Source: Cyanobacteria bacterium P01_H01_bin.74
GTDB lineage: Bacteria > Cyanobacteriota > Vampirovibrionia > Vampirovibrionales > Vampirovibrionaceae
Assembly: GCA_038745945.1 (NCBI GenBank)
Contig: JBCDLA010000001.1
Coordinates: 1,898 to 65,897, forward strand
DNA: 64,000 nt
Reading direction: 5' to 3'
Shown here: positions 16,416-25,333 of the stretch, one piece after another
How the letters are laid out: each line of letters opens with the position of its first letter
Position numbering within the stretch: position 1 is the first letter of the stretch
Made by a program: the position numbers and the translations under genes
The notes under the pieces: model-generated
Databases searched by the model: none
The model's input: only the letters and a program-made list of their open reading frames with translations
What the model was told of the DNA's origin: nothing

Positions 16416-18656
16416 TTATAAAAACTTGCCCTGCAGGATTTCAAGGGCATGCTGTTTTGACTCTTCTTCCGCAGCAGAGAGAGCAGAACCTGCACTCGGC
16501 GGCTGGGCCAGTAAATCAGGCGGTATCTGTTCTGATTCTGGGATAGGGCCTTGCGCCTCTAGTGGATGCTTTTCAAGTCCTTGATTTTCAAGTCCTTGCT
16601 TTTCAAGTCCTTGACTTTCAGGCCCTGCTTTAACGCTTTCCTGAGGCTGTGGCTGTGTATCATAAGGGGGCGTGTGAAAAGTCTGTTTGGCTTGGTTCGG
16701 CAAATTAACTTGATTTGGTTGTTGCGGCTGCTCGGGCGTCTCATTTGGACTGGGGGGACTGGGGGGACTGTGGCTTACGATTGCTGAATCTTTAAGGGCG
16801 GAATCGAGTTTCTGGATTTCAGTGCAGTCAATCTGAACCGGATATCCCAAGACTTTTTCAGCGGCTTTTTCCAGATGCAGCATTTTATCGGGTCGGGTGA
16901 CTGTTGCCAGATTTATATGGCCCACACAGCCAACGGTCAGCTTGTTGTTGGTGTGATTTAACAACTGTGTTTGTTGTTGTAAAAGTGAGCGGTACATGCG
17001 GCTGGGAATTTGCGCGCAAATGTTTTGATAAAGCGCGGCAAAAGCGCTCTGCTTTTCCAATGGGGTTTCTGCAGGAGGATTGAGATGCAAAGTTTGCGGC
17101 TTATCTACGAGAGGAGCTGAATGCTGCTCATTATCCGGTGCTGTTGTCTGCTGGGTTGGAGGGGCTGCCTGTTTGGCTGATGGCATTGATTTTTTGAGCA
17201 AAGGCTTATCTATCTTATCCTTATCTAGCTTATCTAGAGTCTTTGAAGTCTCTAAATTCTCTAAATCTGTTTTTTCAGGTGAGACAGGCGCAGAGACAGG
17301 CTTGTAAGCTTGCGAAGAATTTTTTATTGCCGAGCCGTTTTCAGAAGCAGAAAGGCTTGGCTTTTTTTGAGCCGGTAAAGGCTGGCCAGGCATTTTTTCA
17401 AGCGGCGTACCTCGACTGTCAGTCCCTTGGTCTTGCATGTCTTGTAAAAGGGCTTCAAGCTTTTCAACGCGGGCTTGCAGGGTTTCCAACTGATAAATTT
17501 CATGCCGGTAAACCAGTTCTAATAAGCCAATTTCAAGCCACAACCCTGGGTTTTGCGTGTTTCGGATATTTCTTTCCGTTTCAGCCAGCCGGTTAAGCAA
17601 TTGAGGCAGTAAGGTTTGACTTTCAAGCAGGTCAGCCTGTTGCAAAAGCGCCTGGTAATACTCGGCTGAGAGCCCCAGTGATGGCTGCATCTTCCCAGAG
17701 CCATCGGTCTGAACAACCAGCAGGTTTCTGAAATGCTGGGTCAGATCTTTTAAAATTTGGGTGGGCTGAACCCCTTGACCAATCAGTTCCCCCAGGTGAC
17801 TGAGCAGCAATTGGCCATCCTGTTTTAAGACCGAATCGCCCAGTGCCAGCACCACGTCATCAGACAGGGCGCCTGTAAACCTCAAAATATCATCGTGCTG
17901 AATGGTTATCCCCGGTTGGGCCCGCCCCATCACGGATACCTGATCCAGCAAGCCAACGGCATCCCTTAAACCTCCCTTTGCGTGGCGGGCAATGGTGTGC
18001 AATGCTTCAGGGGAAATGGTTATTGCTTCCCAGTCGGCAATGGTGCGCAGGCGGTCTACAATTTCCTGGGTGCCAATGCGGGCAAAGTCAAAACGCTGAC
18101 ACCGGCTGACAATGGTCTGCAAGACCTTGTGCGCTTCAGTGGTCGCAAAAATAAAGATGACATTTTCAGGCGGTTCTTCCAATGTTTTAAGCAGGGCATT
18201 AAAGGCCTGCGTGGTCAGCATATGGACTTCATCAATGATATAAACCTTATACCGTCCAGAAATGGGACGATACTGGCAGCTTTCAATCAGTTCCCGGGCA
18301 TCATTGACCCCGTTATTGCTGGCAGCATCAAACTCAATAATATCCAAGGCCTGACCTTCTGCAATGCCTGTGCAAGAAGCGCACTGCAGACATGGCTCTG
18401 GTGAAGCGCCTTGTTCACAATTGAGAGATTTTGCAAAAATCCGGGCTGCAGAAGTTTTACCTGTCCCTCTGGGGCCGCAAAACAGGTAGGCATGAACCAC
18501 TTTTTGCAGAGCAATGGCATTGCACAATGTCTGGGTAATGATGGATTGACCGCAAAGGTCCACAAAAGTTTTTGGGCGATACTTTCGGTACAGCGGAATG
18601 TAACGCTCAATTTTGGTTTTATTGTCTTGCTCAGTGGCATGCATTGGTTGGGGCAA
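16416..18656 (-). CDS. dnaX: DNA polymerase III subunits tau/gamma, with an unusually long low-complexity C-terminal region.
   Basis: Walker A GPRGTGKTS, a CxxC Zn module, and AAA+/clamp-loader domains I-III. 746 aa. Internal repeats QGLEK, DKLDK and SPP. Confidence 0.9.
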   Translation of the reverse strand: MPQPMHATEQDNKTKIERYIPLYRKYRPKTFVDLCGQSIITQTLCNAIALQKVVHAYLFCGPRGTGKTSAARIFAKSLNCEQGASPEPCLQCASCTGIAEGQALDIIEFDAASNNGVNDARELIESCQYRPISGRYKVYIIDEVHMLTTQAFNALLKTLEEPPENVIFIFATTEAHKVLQTIVSRCQRFDFARIGTQEIVDRLRTIADWEAITISPEALHTIARHAKGGLRDAVGLLDQVSVMGRAQPGITIQHDDILRFTGALSDDVVLALGDSVLKQDGQLLLSHLGELIGQGVQPTQILKDLTQHFRNLLVVQTDGSGKMQPSLGLSAEYYQALLQQADLLESQTLLPQLLNRLAETERNIRNTQNPGLWLEIGLLELVYRHEIYQLETLQARVEKLEALLQDMQDQGTDSRGTPLEKMPGQPLPAQKKPSLSASENGSAIKNSSQAYKPVSAPVSPEKTDLENLETSKTLDKLDKDKIDKPLLKKSMPSAKQAAPPTQQTTAPDNEQHSAPLVDKPQTLHLNPPAETPLEKQSAFAALYQNICAQIPSRMYRSLLQQQTQLLNHTNNKLTVGCVGHINLATVTRPDKMLHLEKAAEKVLGYPVQIDCTEIQKLDSALKDSAIVSHSPPSPPSPNETPEQPQQPNQVNLPNQAKQTFHTPPYDTQPQPQESVKAGPESQGLEKQGLENQGLEKHPLEAQGPIPESEQIPPDLLAQPPSAGSALSAAEEESKQHALEILQGKFL
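16568..16625. repeat. 15-nt x3.5 in-frame tandem repeat (ttttcaagtccttga) in the dnaX 3' region, encoding QGLEK repeats.
   Basis: Seen in sequence. Additional 6-9-nt repeats lie at ~17205-17275 (DKLDKDKIDK) and ~16753-16772 (SPPSPPSP). Confidence 0.7.
17361..17367 (-). promoter_or_regulatory. dnaX: In-frame slippery heptamer A_AAA_AAG (codons Q430-K431-K432) in dnaX; candidate -1 programmed frameshift site producing a gamma-like short form.
   Basis: Codons CAA AAA AAG sit at aa 430-432, almost exactly the E. coli tau/gamma shift position (Lys430). The -1 frame reads GCC AAG CCT TTC TGC TTC TGA, i.e. six codons then a stop. Confidence 0.5.
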
Positions 18657-18794
18657 TCACTCCACGATGAACAACATCAGTTTTTTTGTTCAGAAATTTG
18701 TTTAGAAATTTTTTCATAAACAAGTTCAATAATTGGTGGCAAGCCGCTTATAATTCAACCGCTTGCTTTCAGTATCAGGTATTGGTCCTAACCC

Positions 18795-19331
18795 TTAATC
18801 CCTGAAAGCTTCCTCGAGATCAAAATCGAGAACGTCATTGGCAATCTCGTCCGGTGTCTCTGGTTGCTCATCGGCTTGAACTGCCGATGAATGAATTTCA
18901 AGTTTGACCGCTGCGGTTACCTTGGGCGACAGTTTAATGCTGAGTGCATAATCACCCACCTGATTAATGGGCCGATCCACATTCAGTGTGCGTCGATCAA
19001 TTTCAAAGCCCAGCTGCTGACTGAGCATGCCCGCCAATTCTTTGGTGGTAATGGTACCGTATAAACGCCCTGTTTTTCCGCTGTGAGCTTCCAGGGTTAA
19101 AATACCCAAACCTTTGATTTTTTCTGCTTTTTCAAGATCAGCCTGATGTTTTTGTGCAGCTTTTTCGCGGATGCGTTGAATGCGTTGATCCAGATCTTTC
19201 TGAGAGCCTTTAGTGAGCAAAATGGCAATTTTTTTGGGAAGCAAAAAATTCCGGAAAAACCCGTCTTTCACTGTAACAATATCACCCACACTGCCCAATG
19301 ATTCGTACTCTTTTATTAAGATGACTTTCAT
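18795..19331 (-). CDS. rplI: 50S ribosomal protein L9 with an acidic C-terminal extension.
   Basis: MKVILIKEYESLGSVGDIVTVKDGFFRNFLLPKKIA is the typical L9 N-domain. Confidence 0.9.
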   Translation of the reverse strand: MKVILIKEYESLGSVGDIVTVKDGFFRNFLLPKKIAILLTKGSQKDLDQRIQRIREKAAQKHQADLEKAEKIKGLGILTLEAHSGKTGRLYGTITTKELAGMLSQQLGFEIDRRTLNVDRPINQVGDYALSIKLSPKVTAAVKLEIHSSAVQADEQPETPDEIANDVLDFDLEEAFRD

Positions 19332-19361
19332 GTGTGGTTTGCTCCAAAAAGTTTCTAAAAT

Positions 19362-20270
19362 TTGTGTGTTAATGTTACAGTAAAGTTTTTTCTACTGCAA
19401 ACAGAATTTAGAGTTATTGTAAAAAATTATCAACCCTGTGAGATTTCAAGTGCTGTCATGCAAGACAAGTTATCCGTTGCCGTTACCGGCAGCCCATTAG
19501 AAGAAACAGCGTCGCAAAAGCCGTCAACAGAAAACCACCCCGATTTCATGCCCACATACAAAACGGTCAGCATCCTTATTCCCGTATTTAATGAAGTCAA
19601 CTCATTAGAAGCCTTGCTGGCCAAGCTTGCGGGGGTTGATTTTTGCGGCCTAAAAAAAGAGTGGATTATCGTTGATGACGGCTCAAATGACGGAACCCGG
19701 GCTATTCTGGAACGCCTGAAAGCGGAAGGTTGCCCGTCATACCTGAGCCAGAAAATTATTTTCCACGAGCACAATAAAGGCAAAGGCGCAGCGCTAAGAA
19801 CGGCCATTCAAGAAGCCACAGGCGATATTATTGTTATCCAGGATGCTGATCTGGAATATGACCCAGCGGATTACCCGGCACTCATTGAAAAAATTATTGC
19901 AGGCGAAGCTGATGTGGTCTACGGCAGCAGGTTCCAGTCTCGAGTCAGCCAAAAAGCATTTGCAGGCTTGCATTACTGGGGAAACAAGCTGCTCACACAA
20001 ATCACCAATCTTTTGTTTGGGGCAAAAATTACCGACATGGAAACCTGTTACAAGGCTTTCAAACCGGAATTGATCAAAACCGTTAAAATCCGCTCAGACC
20101 GCTTTGACTTTGAGCCTGAAATTACCGCCAAAGTGCTGAAACAGGGATGTAAAATCGTTGAGGTCCCCATTTCTTATCATGGCCGCCAGTTTCATGAAGG
20201 AAAAAAAATTACTTGGCTGGACGGTCTGTTTGCAATAAAAGCATTAATAAGGTTCCGTTTTTTTGATTAA
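19362..20270 (+). CDS. Family 2 glycosyltransferase (polyprenyl-phosphate sugar transferase-like, DPM1/ArnC/GtrB type).
   Basis: ILIPVFNE...VDDGSNDGT...QDADLEYDP...VYGSRF. The real start is probably an internal Met at ~19458 or ~19548. Confidence 0.7.
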   Translation: MCVNVTVKFFLLQTEFRVIVKNYQPCEISSAVMQDKLSVAVTGSPLEETASQKPSTENHPDFMPTYKTVSILIPVFNEVNSLEALLAKLAGVDFCGLKKEWIIVDDGSNDGTRAILERLKAEGCPSYLSQKIIFHEHNKGKGAALRTAIQEATGDIIVIQDADLEYDPADYPALIEKIIAGEADVVYGSRFQSRVSQKAFAGLHYWGNKLLTQITNLLFGAKITDMETCYKAFKPELIKTVKIRSDRFDFEPEITAKVLKQGCKIVEVPISYHGRQFHEGKKITWLDGLFAIKALIRFRFFD

Positions 20271-20319
20271 TTTTCTCATTAATATTCTCTAGACCCTCTA
20301 AAATCCAGACACATCCTTC

Positions 20320-20964
20320 ATGTCAATCCTTACGCCTCCTGTTGCTCCAACTTTACAGGACAACCATGAAATTCTCGACACGTTGGCCAACCGTGTTTCA
20401 CAGTGCACCCAATGCAAGCTGGCCGCTTCAAGAATACAAACTGTTTTTTACGACGGCAATCCCAATGCCCGGTTAATGCTGATTGGTGAAGCCCCCGGCC
20501 AGCAAGAAGATGAGCAGGGCCACCCTTTTGTGGGACGCTCGGGCCAGTTGCTTACCCAAATGATGGCCTCTGTTGGTATTGACCGCAAGCGGGATACTTA
20601 TATCTGCAATATTGTCAAATGCCGCCCCCCGGGGAACCGCAAGCCTGAAGCCGATGAAATGATGGCTTGCTCAGGCTTTTTGCAAGCCCAGTTGTCTATT
20701 GTTCAGCCAGCCATGATTTTGTTGGTTGGCAGCACTGCAGTGCAAGGCATTTTAAAAATTCAGCAGGGTATCACCAAAATCCGCGGCAAATGGGTTGATT
20801 ACCTGATTAATACCACGGGCAACCAAATGACTGTGGCCCAAGCCATGCCCATTTTTCACCCGGCTTACCTGCTTCGCAATGCCTCCATGCAAGAAAATAG
20901 CCCCAAATGGCTCACCCTCCAAGACCTGAAAGCAGTTTCGGAAAAGCTGAAATCGCTTCGTTAA
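20320..20964 (+). CDS. Uracil-DNA glycosylase, family 4 (UdgA-type, Fe-S).
   Basis: GEAPGQQEDEQGHPFVGRSGQLL motif and Cys residues appropriate for a 4Fe-4S cluster (C..C...C). Confidence 0.75.
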   Translation: MSILTPPVAPTLQDNHEILDTLANRVSQCTQCKLAASRIQTVFYDGNPNARLMLIGEAPGQQEDEQGHPFVGRSGQLLTQMMASVGIDRKRDTYICNIVKCRPPGNRKPEADEMMACSGFLQAQLSIVQPAMILLVGSTAVQGILKIQQGITKIRGKWVDYLINTTGNQMTVAQAMPIFHPAYLLRNASMQENSPKWLTLQDLKAVSEKLKSLR

Positions 20965-20978
20965 GGCCACAGAAAGGC

Positions 20979-21003
20979 AAAAAAAAACCGCAATCAATGC
21001 GGT
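20979..21003 (-). terminator. Possible minus-strand intrinsic terminator.
   Basis: An A9 run followed by the hairpin ACCGCA-ATCAA-TGCGGT on the plus strand. This gives hairpin plus U-run on the minus strand, downstream of the ABC-F gene. Confidence 0.35.
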
Positions 21004-21256
21004 CATTTCGCTTAGCAGTAGTAGGAATTTGTGAAGACCTGTTAAAGTGAAAACGGGTTAAACACGCGAAAAGCTTTTCCCAAACAGTTTTAAAGCAGTA
21101 TTTGCATCATCTGCCAGTATTTGTATCATCTGAATGAAGCTCAGATTTAGTTCACATCAGTTTTATACCGCGTCACGTTAGCCATCAAACAGCATATTAC
21201 AAGTCTGTAACATGTAAGAAATGACGGCGCGCACAGCATCGCCAACATCAGACCGC

Positions 21257-23182
21257 TTAATCAAAAACCAAAAGCGCGTTGCTTAATTCTTCCCAACTTG
21301 TATTTAACGCGGTTAAAGCCAGTTTTTTTTCTTCCAGGGTGGCATTAAGATGCACCAGTTTTCCGTAATCTTGCTGGTTGCCCGGGTGGTTCAATTCTTC
21401 GGAGAGGCTTTCAATGCTGGTTTCTAATGAAACAATTTTTTTCTCGCATTGCTTTAACTGCTTTTCAATGTCTTTCTTTTGCTGAAAAGGGCTTTTTTTT
21501 GCAGTCGCCATTGTACTGTCAGCGTTTCGGGCACTGCTAGATGGGGCCGACTTTTTGGGACGTGGGATCTTTGAACGCAGTTCCTGGCGTTTTTGCAGGT
21601 AATACTCGTAGCCGCCGGCATAGCAAATAACCTGGCCATTGTAAATTTCCCAAATCTGGGTTGCCAGTGCATCAATAAAATAGCGATCATGGGAAATACT
21701 CAAAATAGAGCCTTCATAGTCTTTAAAGGCTTGGGTTAGTACTTCTTTTGAGGGCAGATCCATGTGGTTGGTCGGCTCATCCAACAACATAAAATTACAG
21801 CCCGACAGAATCAATTTTGCCAGCGCAACTTTGCTCTTTTCGCCCCCACTGAGTACCCCCACTTTTTTATAAACATCTTCACCGGTGAATAAAAAGCGGG
21901 CCAGCAAGCCACGCACATCCGTATGCGTCAGCTTGGGAGAAATATCGTGCAGGGTGTCAAACAAAGTCTTGCTGCCGTCCAGTGTTTCCAACTGATTTTG
22001 CGAAAAGTAGCCCGGTTTTACATTGTAGCCAAAATTAATTTCACCTGAGGAGACAGGTTCCAGGCCAAGCACAAGACGGAGAAATGTGGTTTTTCCGGTG
22101 CCGTTTTCACCCAAGAGAAAAATACGCTCGCCACGGCCCAAGTAGCCGTCAACACCGGCAAACAATGGCAGGTTCTCATACGATTTTGATACCCCGGTTA
22201 ACGTCATCACATCCCGGCCGCTGGGGTCTGGCAACGGAAATTTGACTTTTATCTTGGAATGATCAACATCGGGTGCCTCCAGGCGCTCGATTTTGGCCAG
22301 TTGTCGCTCGCGGCTTTTGGCTTGGGTTCCACGGGAAGCACTGGCCTTAAAGCGCTCGACAAAGGCTGTTTGCTTTTCAATTTCTTTTTGCTGCCGGGAA
22401 TAGGCTGCCGTAGCCCGCTCGATATGAGCTGCCTTTTGTTCCAGATATTGGGTGTAATTGCCTGGCCAGAGTGTTAATTTTCCTTTTTCAACTTCTGCAA
22501 TTTCTGTGGTCACTTCATCCAGAAAATGGCGATCATGAGAGACCATGACAATGCCGCCTTCGTAAGTTTTTAAAAACGACTCAAGCCACTCACAGGACGC
22601 GAGATCCAGGTGATTGGTCGGCTCATCCAGCAGCAGAATGTCAGCCCCTTCCAGCAGCACCTTGGCCAAATTGATGCGCATTTGCCAGCCCCCGCTGAAA
22701 GAAGCCGTCAGTTTTTCAGCGTCTTCTTCCTGAAATGCCAGGGTCTTCAGAATTTTTGCAATGCGTGCATCCAAACTGTCGGGGTCAAAAGCAGCAAGCC
22801 GATCTTGAATGGCCATTAAACGCTCTAAAATAGCTGCTTGCTTGTCTTCTTCAAAAACAACTTCCAGCTGTTTCACCAGGTTGTCTTCTTCCTGGCGCAG
22901 CGTATCAATATTGCCGTAAACCGAGCGCATTTCTTCCTGCAATGTGTGGGTTAGGGTTAATGCGGGTTCTTGCGAGAGATAATTGACCTTAAGCCCTGGT
23001 GATTGATTGATCGATCCCTGCTGCGGGGTCACCATTCTCATCAACAATTTCAGGATAGTCGATTTGCCCGCTCCATTTCGGCCCACCAGGCCCAGCCTGC
23101 TTTTTGTGGTGATTTCAAGGGTCAGATCAGAAAACAGCGTAAATGATCCAAAAGAGAGTGAAATGGCATTGAGTTGAAGCAT
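21257..23182 (-). CDS. ABC-F family ATPase (Uup/EttA-like, two NBDs plus C-terminal coiled coil; no TMD).
   Basis: Two Walker A motifs (GRNGAGKST, GENGTGKTT), two signature LSGG-type motifs, and a linker. 641 aa. Confidence 0.85.
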   Translation of the reverse strand: MLQLNAISLSFGSFTLFSDLTLEITTKSRLGLVGRNGAGKSTILKLLMRMVTPQQGSINQSPGLKVNYLSQEPALTLTHTLQEEMRSVYGNIDTLRQEEDNLVKQLEVVFEEDKQAAILERLMAIQDRLAAFDPDSLDARIAKILKTLAFQEEDAEKLTASFSGGWQMRINLAKVLLEGADILLLDEPTNHLDLASCEWLESFLKTYEGGIVMVSHDRHFLDEVTTEIAEVEKGKLTLWPGNYTQYLEQKAAHIERATAAYSRQQKEIEKQTAFVERFKASASRGTQAKSRERQLAKIERLEAPDVDHSKIKVKFPLPDPSGRDVMTLTGVSKSYENLPLFAGVDGYLGRGERIFLLGENGTGKTTFLRLVLGLEPVSSGEINFGYNVKPGYFSQNQLETLDGSKTLFDTLHDISPKLTHTDVRGLLARFLFTGEDVYKKVGVLSGGEKSKVALAKLILSGCNFMLLDEPTNHMDLPSKEVLTQAFKDYEGSILSISHDRYFIDALATQIWEIYNGQVICYAGGYEYYLQKRQELRSKIPRPKKSAPSSSARNADSTMATAKKSPFQQKKDIEKQLKQCEKKIVSLETSIESLSEELNHPGNQQDYGKLVHLNATLEEKKLALTALNTSWEELSNALLVFD

Positions 23183-23430
23183 AGCGGACCAATAAGGCGG
23201 TTTAAAATACAGGAAAGCGAAAGATTCAAGTATACGAAATTACGGCAGTATGAAAACACATATCATTGCTCATTACTTTATAGTAACACCAATCCATTTG
23301 GCAAATTGCACGGGGAGAGCAATCGACTGCTGCTTTATTATGAGGCTGCGTTTCGGGCTGTGCAATTTAAAACCTTTAAAACGCTGTTTTTTCTTTAATT
23401 TATTTTTTTACTCTCAAGCTATTTTTTCCC

Positions 23431-24255
23431 TCAAGCTGTGTTGTCTGTAGCGGTGGCAGCTGCCATTGACTCAATGGCAAGGTTGTGGCGCTCAGCAAAA
23501 GCTCTCATTGCAGGGCTATCGACATAAAGGGTCTGGTCGGCTTCAGTTACCAGGGCTTTTAAGCCGGCACGCTTCATGCATTTCAGTGTTTGAAGCCCAA
23601 CAGTTGGAATATCAAAGCGGTTGTCCTGATTGGGCTTGGCCACTTTCACAAGAACCCCGCCCTTTTTACCAGCCAGTTTTCCGGCGCGCTTAATACAGTG
23701 ATCAGTACCTTCAATGGCCTCAATGGCAATGGCCATCCCTTCATGCACCACCACTGACTGCCCAATATCCAAGCGGCCCATTTCTTTGGCCAATTCAAAG
23801 CCATAACTGGCATCCTTGCGTTGTTGGGCAGATAGCACGGTTCTGGTCATCTGCCCGGCGGGCAGTAAAAACGACTGCAAAAAAAGGCTCTGCGGCAATA
23901 CGTTAATGCCGTGGTGGGCCAGGGCATTAATCAGCCAGAGCATCACGGCATCGTCATTCAGGCGTGAAAGGCTTTTTATGGCTTTCAAAGCCATCTCATC
24001 CAGACGCGGATCTTTTAAAAGCAGCCACTTGTTGACCTTGCCTGCAAAAACGGCAGCCGTAATGTTTTCCTTGTTCAGCAGGGTTAACGTCCGGTTGAGA
24101 AGCCCCGGCACCAGTTTATACCCGGCGTGCCCGCATACTTTTTTCAGGGTTTTGTTGTCGTGGCCAATCATGTACGGCACAACCGAAATATTTTTTTGAA
24201 TGGCTGTTTCTGCCACATAGACCGGCAGAGATCCGGCCCCTGCAAACAAGGCCAT
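23431..24255 (-). CDS. lpxI: DUF1009/LpxI-like protein (putative UDP-2,3-diacylglucosamine hydrolase LpxI).
   Basis: ~275 aa, MALFAGAGSLPV... N-terminus and a ...RFDIPTVGLQT... block reminiscent of LpxI. Weak, recalled from memory. Confidence 0.45.
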   Translation of the reverse strand: MALFAGAGSLPVYVAETAIQKNISVVPYMIGHDNKTLKKVCGHAGYKLVPGLLNRTLTLLNKENITAAVFAGKVNKWLLLKDPRLDEMALKAIKSLSRLNDDAVMLWLINALAHHGINVLPQSLFLQSFLLPAGQMTRTVLSAQQRKDASYGFELAKEMGRLDIGQSVVVHEGMAIAIEAIEGTDHCIKRAGKLAGKKGGVLVKVAKPNQDNRFDIPTVGLQTLKCMKRAGLKALVTEADQTLYVDSPAMRAFAERHNLAIESMAAATATDNTA

Positions 24256-24332
24256 TTTTTTTACTGCAGCAACCGGGGCATTGCTGTTCTCTTTGTTTTC
24301 TGATCTTGGGTTTTCAGCAGTATTCAGGGGGG

Positions 24333-24746
24333 TTAGCCTTGTAGCTTAGGGTATTTTTCTTTGAGCAGGGTATGCAGTTTTCTCATATTAACGGCATAAT
24401 CATTTTTGACTCTGCGGTATATTTCTAAGGCTTGTGATTCGTCATAAGTATGTGACAAAAGGTTTCTATCATCTGCCATGTCTAGCCATGTTTCATCAGT
24501 CTCACTAAGCCAGCCTTGCAGGTAAGCTTCTTGGATACTTGGCTTTGGCCCTCTGGCTTCGATGGCAATATATTCCTTGAGAACCCATTTCAATAACTTC
24601 CAGCATTGCTCACAAGCAAGAACAAAAGAAAGCAGTGCTGAATTACGATAATCTTCATTATCTTCAGGAAGTTTCAAGGTTCGCTCAAGGTTTTTGAGGG
24701 TTTTGCTGAAATTCTGAAAGGCTTTGGCTGCTCTAATTTCGCTCAT
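24333..24746 (-). CDS. HEPN-superfamily nucleotidyltransferase-substrate-binding protein (HI0074-like), putative type VII TA toxin.
   Basis: 137 aa with an Rx4H HEPN motif (RNLLSH). Overlaps the upstream MNT gene by 14 nt. Confidence 0.65.
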   Translation of the reverse strand: MSEIRAAKAFQNFSKTLKNLERTLKLPEDNEDYRNSALLSFVLACEQCWKLLKWVLKEYIAIEARGPKPSIQEAYLQGWLSETDETWLDMADDRNLLSHTYDESQALEIYRRVKNDYAVNMRKLHTLLKEKYPKLQG

Positions 24747-25059
24747 ACAGGATTTGACCTTCTTGTAAAATACTCTCTTTGAGCGCGTTTGTGGCTGTAT
24801 TCATATTGACAAGATCAATTTTGAGTAATGTTTTAATCGTTGCGTCCTCAACATCAGCCAGGCGTTTTATTTTTTGCCATTCCTGTGCTTTAAAATCTCC
24901 TTCAACGGCAATATCGATATCGGAGTAAAAATCGTTATCACCCCGTGCACGAGAACCGAAGAGAATAATTTTATCAACGTCAGGAAACAGGCTTATTTGT
25001 TTAACCAGTGCGTCAATAGCAGATGGTTTAATCTTTGGATTATAGCGGTGTTTTGACAT
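24733..25059 (-). CDS. Minimal nucleotidyltransferase (MNT, HI0073-like), putative antitoxin of the HEPN/MNT pair.
   Basis: LFGSRARGD...SDIDIAV is the pol-beta NTase signature (GS...D.D). 108 aa. Confidence 0.75.
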   Translation of the reverse strand: MSKHRYNPKIKPSAIDALVKQISLFPDVDKIILFGSRARGDNDFYSDIDIAVEGDFKAQEWQKIKRLADVEDATIKTLLKIDLVNMNTATNALKESILQEGQILYERN

Positions 25060-25333
25060 CCTGATACCGTTTTCCAGTATTGGCTATAACATCGTCAAAT
25101 AAAATCTGGCCAATGGCGAAATGTTTAAAGTCCTCGACAACTTCCTTGGCTGCAGTTAACCCGTCAAAGCGTTGTTGTGCTATCGCCTTGGTGACAGTCT
25201 GTTTTAAAAACTTTCAGGTTGTCTGTGCATGTCTGCCATGATTTCAGTATAGCACTGTCAGATTGACGCTTAAAGCCATCAAGACCCTCTAAAGTCAGGT
25301 GTTGTGATTTTAAGTATTTCAGAAGTTGGCCGT

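Noticed and set aside
16375-16584. 69-aa ORF bridging the end of the GHL10 gene and the start of dnaX's 3' end.
   Set aside because: Overlaps two strong genes on either side; low-complexity Ser/Cys-rich product; probably spurious.
17280-17345. Stimulatory hairpin downstream of the dnaX slippery site.
   Set aside because: I could not find a convincing stable stem-loop by eye in the 60 nt after the heptamer (only an AAGCTT palindrome). The frameshift call therefore rests on the heptamer plus the immediate -1 stop only.
20320-20964. Possibility that the family-4 UDG is a phage-type DNA polymerase-associated UDG marking a prophage.
   Set aside because: Neighbours are ordinary house-keeping genes (GT2, ABC-F, rplI); no phage structural or integrase genes nearby.
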